From the NCBI GenBank assembly GCA_023435855.1, contig JAEZLG010000094.1, positions 1 through 36,232 of the forward strand: a stretch of 36,232 bases of DNA. The letters run 5' to 3'. Positions 33,658 through 36,232 of this stretch are shown here, piece by piece; the first letter of the stretch is position 1, and each line of letters opens with the position of its first letter. Position numbers and translations under genes: made by a program. Under the pieces are notes generated by a model that searched no databases, was not told where the DNA came from, and was given only the letters and a program-made list of their open reading frames with translations. The DNA is from Bacillota bacterium. GTDB taxonomy: Bacteria; Bacillota; Clostridia; Christensenellales; CAG-138.

Positions 33658-35313
33658 ATGGCGCTTCTTATCTTTAACGCGAATATATGTACCATGGACT
33701 CTGTGAAGCCCAATGCGGACTCGGCTGTTATATTGAATAACCGTTTTGCCTATGTGGGTAACTATCAAGACACTTGCGCATACATAGACCGTTTGCCTAA
33801 GCATCTTACTGAAACCGTTGAAAAGCTTAATGCAAAGGGACGCTTTATGCTCCCCGGGTTTAACGATTCCCACATGCATTTCCTTCACTATGTAAAGTCT
33901 AAGAGCTCCGTCAATCTTTCGGGCAGTACATCGATTAATGAAATCATATCGCGGTTAAGCGCGGCGTTAATATCCACGCAGGTTTCTGAGGGAACATGGC
34001 TTCTTGGTGAAGGCTGGAACCAAAACCATTTTTCAGGCGAAGTCCGCTTCCCTACCGCAGTGGATCTCGATCGGGTCAGTAAAGATGTTCCCATCGCCAT
34101 TTGGCGTGCGTGTTATCACGCGGGAGTATTGAACAGTAAAGCCATGGAGCTGATGGGCTTACATGCACAAAGCATCAAGAAGTACGGGGAAATGGCTGCA
34201 ACTTTTGACGACGGCACGCCTACCGGTGTGTTTATGGAGCAGGCACTTGACGAGCTTAAAACCTATATGCCCTCCCCTGCGATCAAGGATGTAGTAGAGA
34301 TGATTCTTAATCATCAGGAGGATTTGTTTCAATTCGGTATCACATCGGTCCACAGTGACGATTTCAATTACGTTTCAGCCGGACAGTTTGCGGATTTGTT
34401 AATTGCACTTCGCGATGCCGGGCAAGACGGGCGTCTGAAGCTTCGTATTGCAGAGCAGGCGCTGTTTTTTAATAAAGACGATCTTGAGAGCTTTTTTAAG
34501 GACGGCTTTGGCGAGAATTTCGGCAATGAGCATTTTAAATTAGCTTCTATCAAGCTTCTCACAGACGGATCCTTGGGCGCGCGCACAGCCTATATGAACC
34601 GTCCATATATGGATGCACCAACTACAAGAGGGCTTCCGACATTCACACAAGATGAGCTTGACAGACTTGTCATGACTGCTCATAGCCGGAATATGCCCGC
34701 CGTTATGCACGCCATCGGCGATGGCGCTATCGACATGTGCCTCGCTGCAGTCAAGCATGCAAGGGAAGCGATGCCGCAGCTTCAGCCGCGTCATGGTATC
34801 ATACATTGTCAAATCACTTCGCGCGAGCAGATCACAAAATTTCGCGAGCTTGATGTAATTGCCTATACGCAGCCTGTCTTCATCAACGAGGATATGCATA
34901 TTGTCTACGACAGGGTCGGCTCGCTCGGTGATACCTCCTACGCATGGGCGGACTATCAAAATGAGGGTGTTATACAGGCTTTCGGCACGGATTGCCCCGT
35001 GGAAAATCTCAACCCATTTTGGGGTCTTTACTGTGCCAATACCCGGCTCGATCTTAAAGGAAGAGGTCCCTACCTTCCCGACCAGGAACTGTCGATGGAG
35101 GACTGCCTTAATAACTATACCGCAGCAGGTGCATACTGCAGCGGCGAGGATCACCTAAAAGGGCAAATCCGCGAAGGCCTGTTTGCCGACTTTATTTTTC
35201 TCGATCGTGATTTACTTCATGCGGACAAAGAAGCCGTCCCAAACACGCAGGTAATGGCGACCTATATCGACGGGCTCTGTGTGTGGCAACGGGAAGAAGC
35301 AGATACCGGATAA
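33658..35313 (+). CDS. Amidohydrolase-family metal-dependent hydrolase (Amidohydro_3 / YtcJ-like)
   Basis: 551 aa. N-terminal PGFNDSHMHF (HxH), mid-protein KLLTDGSLGARTA, and HAIGDGAID. Confidence 0.85.
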   Translation: MALLIFNANICTMDSVKPNADSAVILNNRFAYVGNYQDTCAYIDRLPKHLTETVEKLNAKGRFMLPGFNDSHMHFLHYVKSKSSVNLSGSTSINEIISRLSAALISTQVSEGTWLLGEGWNQNHFSGEVRFPTAVDLDRVSKDVPIAIWRACYHAGVLNSKAMELMGLHAQSIKKYGEMAATFDDGTPTGVFMEQALDELKTYMPSPAIKDVVEMILNHQEDLFQFGITSVHSDDFNYVSAGQFADLLIALRDAGQDGRLKLRIAEQALFFNKDDLESFFKDGFGENFGNEHFKLASIKLLTDGSLGARTAYMNRPYMDAPTTRGLPTFTQDELDRLVMTAHSRNMPAVMHAIGDGAIDMCLAAVKHAREAMPQLQPRHGIIHCQITSREQITKFRELDVIAYTQPVFINEDMHIVYDRVGSLGDTSYAWADYQNEGVIQAFGTDCPVENLNPFWGLYCANTRLDLKGRGPYLPDQELSMEDCLNNYTAAGAYCSGEDHLKGQIREGLFADFIFLDRDLLHADKEAVPNTQVMATYIDGLCVWQREEADTG

Positions 35314-35318
35314 AATAT

Positions 35319-35353
35319 GCGGCGGGATGAAAATTATCCCGCCGCGTTCTTTT
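35319..35353. terminator. Bidirectional intrinsic terminator between convergent genes
   Basis: 10-bp stem GCGGCGGGAT-gaaaatt-ATCCCGCCGC followed by GTTCTTTT. Confidence 0.7.
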
Positions 35354-35400
35354 GTTAAGGCGCATGTATTTTTGCGAGGATGGTCTATAGTGCTACACTA

Positions 35401-36201
35401 TCACAGCGCGAAATGGAAGAACCTAAGAACTTCGAAATAATCATCCGCTGCAAAGGTGATCGTGCGGGCATCCTTCAATGCTGCACCGGGGTAGAAGCTG
35501 TTGGATGTGGCGAGGAAATGCTCCTTATAATTGATTTCCACCTCAAAGTGCTTCGGGAGCGGGAACATGAAGTTTTCTTTCGGTTGACCGAAGCTCTCCC
35601 TTACCGCCTCGCGAATCTCGCGTACCGCAACATCGGGGTGCATGCCAAATGTGCCGCTTCCTGCTCCCTCGGATACCGCCACCGTAAATATGTTGGGGTT
35701 TACGGACTTCACCCAGTCGCAAAGCCCCTTGTCGCCGCACACGCAGTACACAGGCACACCTACATAAGCCGCCGTGAGGCTGTTGATCAGTAGCTCGCTG
35801 CAGAGTTCGCCGTTAATCTTTACGTAGTTGTTCTGCGTGGTCATGGTGTGGGACAAGGGATTGGTGCTCATCTGTGCAGCGCTGTGGTAGCCTGTGAAAA
35901 CCACGCCCGTAAAGCTCTTGTCAAGGCCGTACATCATGCAAAACGGATGCCGCGCCCAACCGCGGTATACGCTCGCCTGCTCCGGAAGTTGTGCGGGGTT
36001 GATGTTTCGCCCGCTGTCGTGTGCGTCCTTCACGAGTATTTTCTCAACACCCGCATCCAACGCACCCAGGCACGCCGCGTTCACCTCGCGGGTCATCTGT
36101 GTGGCAAAATATGCATAATCGCTTATGTTCTTTTCGGTCTCATTCCAGTGTGCAATGCCCGCGGTACCCTCGATATCCGCACTGATGAACAGCTTCTTCA
36201 T
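35401..36201 (-). CDS. M55-family metallopeptidase (DppA-type D-aminopeptidase)
   Basis: Start moved to ATG 36201 (MKKLFISADIEGTAGI...) after AAGGGGGA. The N-terminal SxDxEG motif and the length are typical of peptidase M55. Confidence 0.85.
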   Translation of the reverse strand: MKKLFISADIEGTAGIAHWNETEKNISDYAYFATQMTREVNAACLGALDAGVEKILVKDAHDSGRNINPAQLPEQASVYRGWARHPFCMMYGLDKSFTGVVFTGYHSAAQMSTNPLSHTMTTQNNYVKINGELCSELLINSLTAAYVGVPVYCVCGDKGLCDWVKSVNPNIFTVAVSEGAGSGTFGMHPDVAVREIREAVRESFGQPKENFMFPLPKHFEVEINYKEHFLATSNSFYPGAALKDARTITFAADDYFEVLRFFHFAL

Positions 36202-36232
36202 AGCGTAATCCCCCTTATGCATGAGTCTTTTT

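Overview
This is a 36.2-kb chromosomal segment from a roughly 55% GC, spore-forming Firmicute (Clostridia-like, since spoIIE is present). It starts inside gyrA and looks like core genome rather than an accessory island. I support about 36 protein genes. Housekeeping: gyrA (partial), cca, a C26 amidotransferase-like hydrolase, tyrS, nadE, yigZ, pepF and spoIIE. Stress and detoxification: a MerR/TipAS regulator, VanZ, a Cu/Zn-SOD-like protein, a DUF1905-nitroreductase fusion, an HD hydrolase and an MBL hydrolase. Transport: a three-gene ABC-2-type exporter and a five-gene LIV-type amino-acid ABC importer. Peptide and amide metabolism: an M19 dipeptidase interrupted by one in-frame TAG, an Amidohydro_3 enzyme and an M55 aminopeptidase. 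Also present: a LOG-family/USP-like gene pair, a four-domain membrane-anchored surface protein and several small ORFs. I found no rRNA, tRNA, CRISPR array, transposase or integrase, and no recognisable defence genes. The strongest unexplained signal is non-coding: a 240-280-nt multi-hairpin element in two same-orientation copies, each starting directly after a stop codon (4786-5069 and 21085-21320). Its sequence differences are either confined to hairpin loops or are compensatory in stems, so it is a candidate structured RNA or a REP/MITE-like element that I cannot assign to a known family. Secondary observations are: a small RBS-preceded ORF plus intrinsic terminator that appears to gate the ABC-2 operon; a stand-alone 60-aa hydrophobic peptide gene; paired palindromic operators at the surface-protein promoter; a 21-bp-spacer promoter upstream of spoIIE; an apparently leaderless phosphoesterase gene; and a codon-usage shift over the LIV operon. 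All calls rest on reading the sequence and remembered family motifs. No database search was run.
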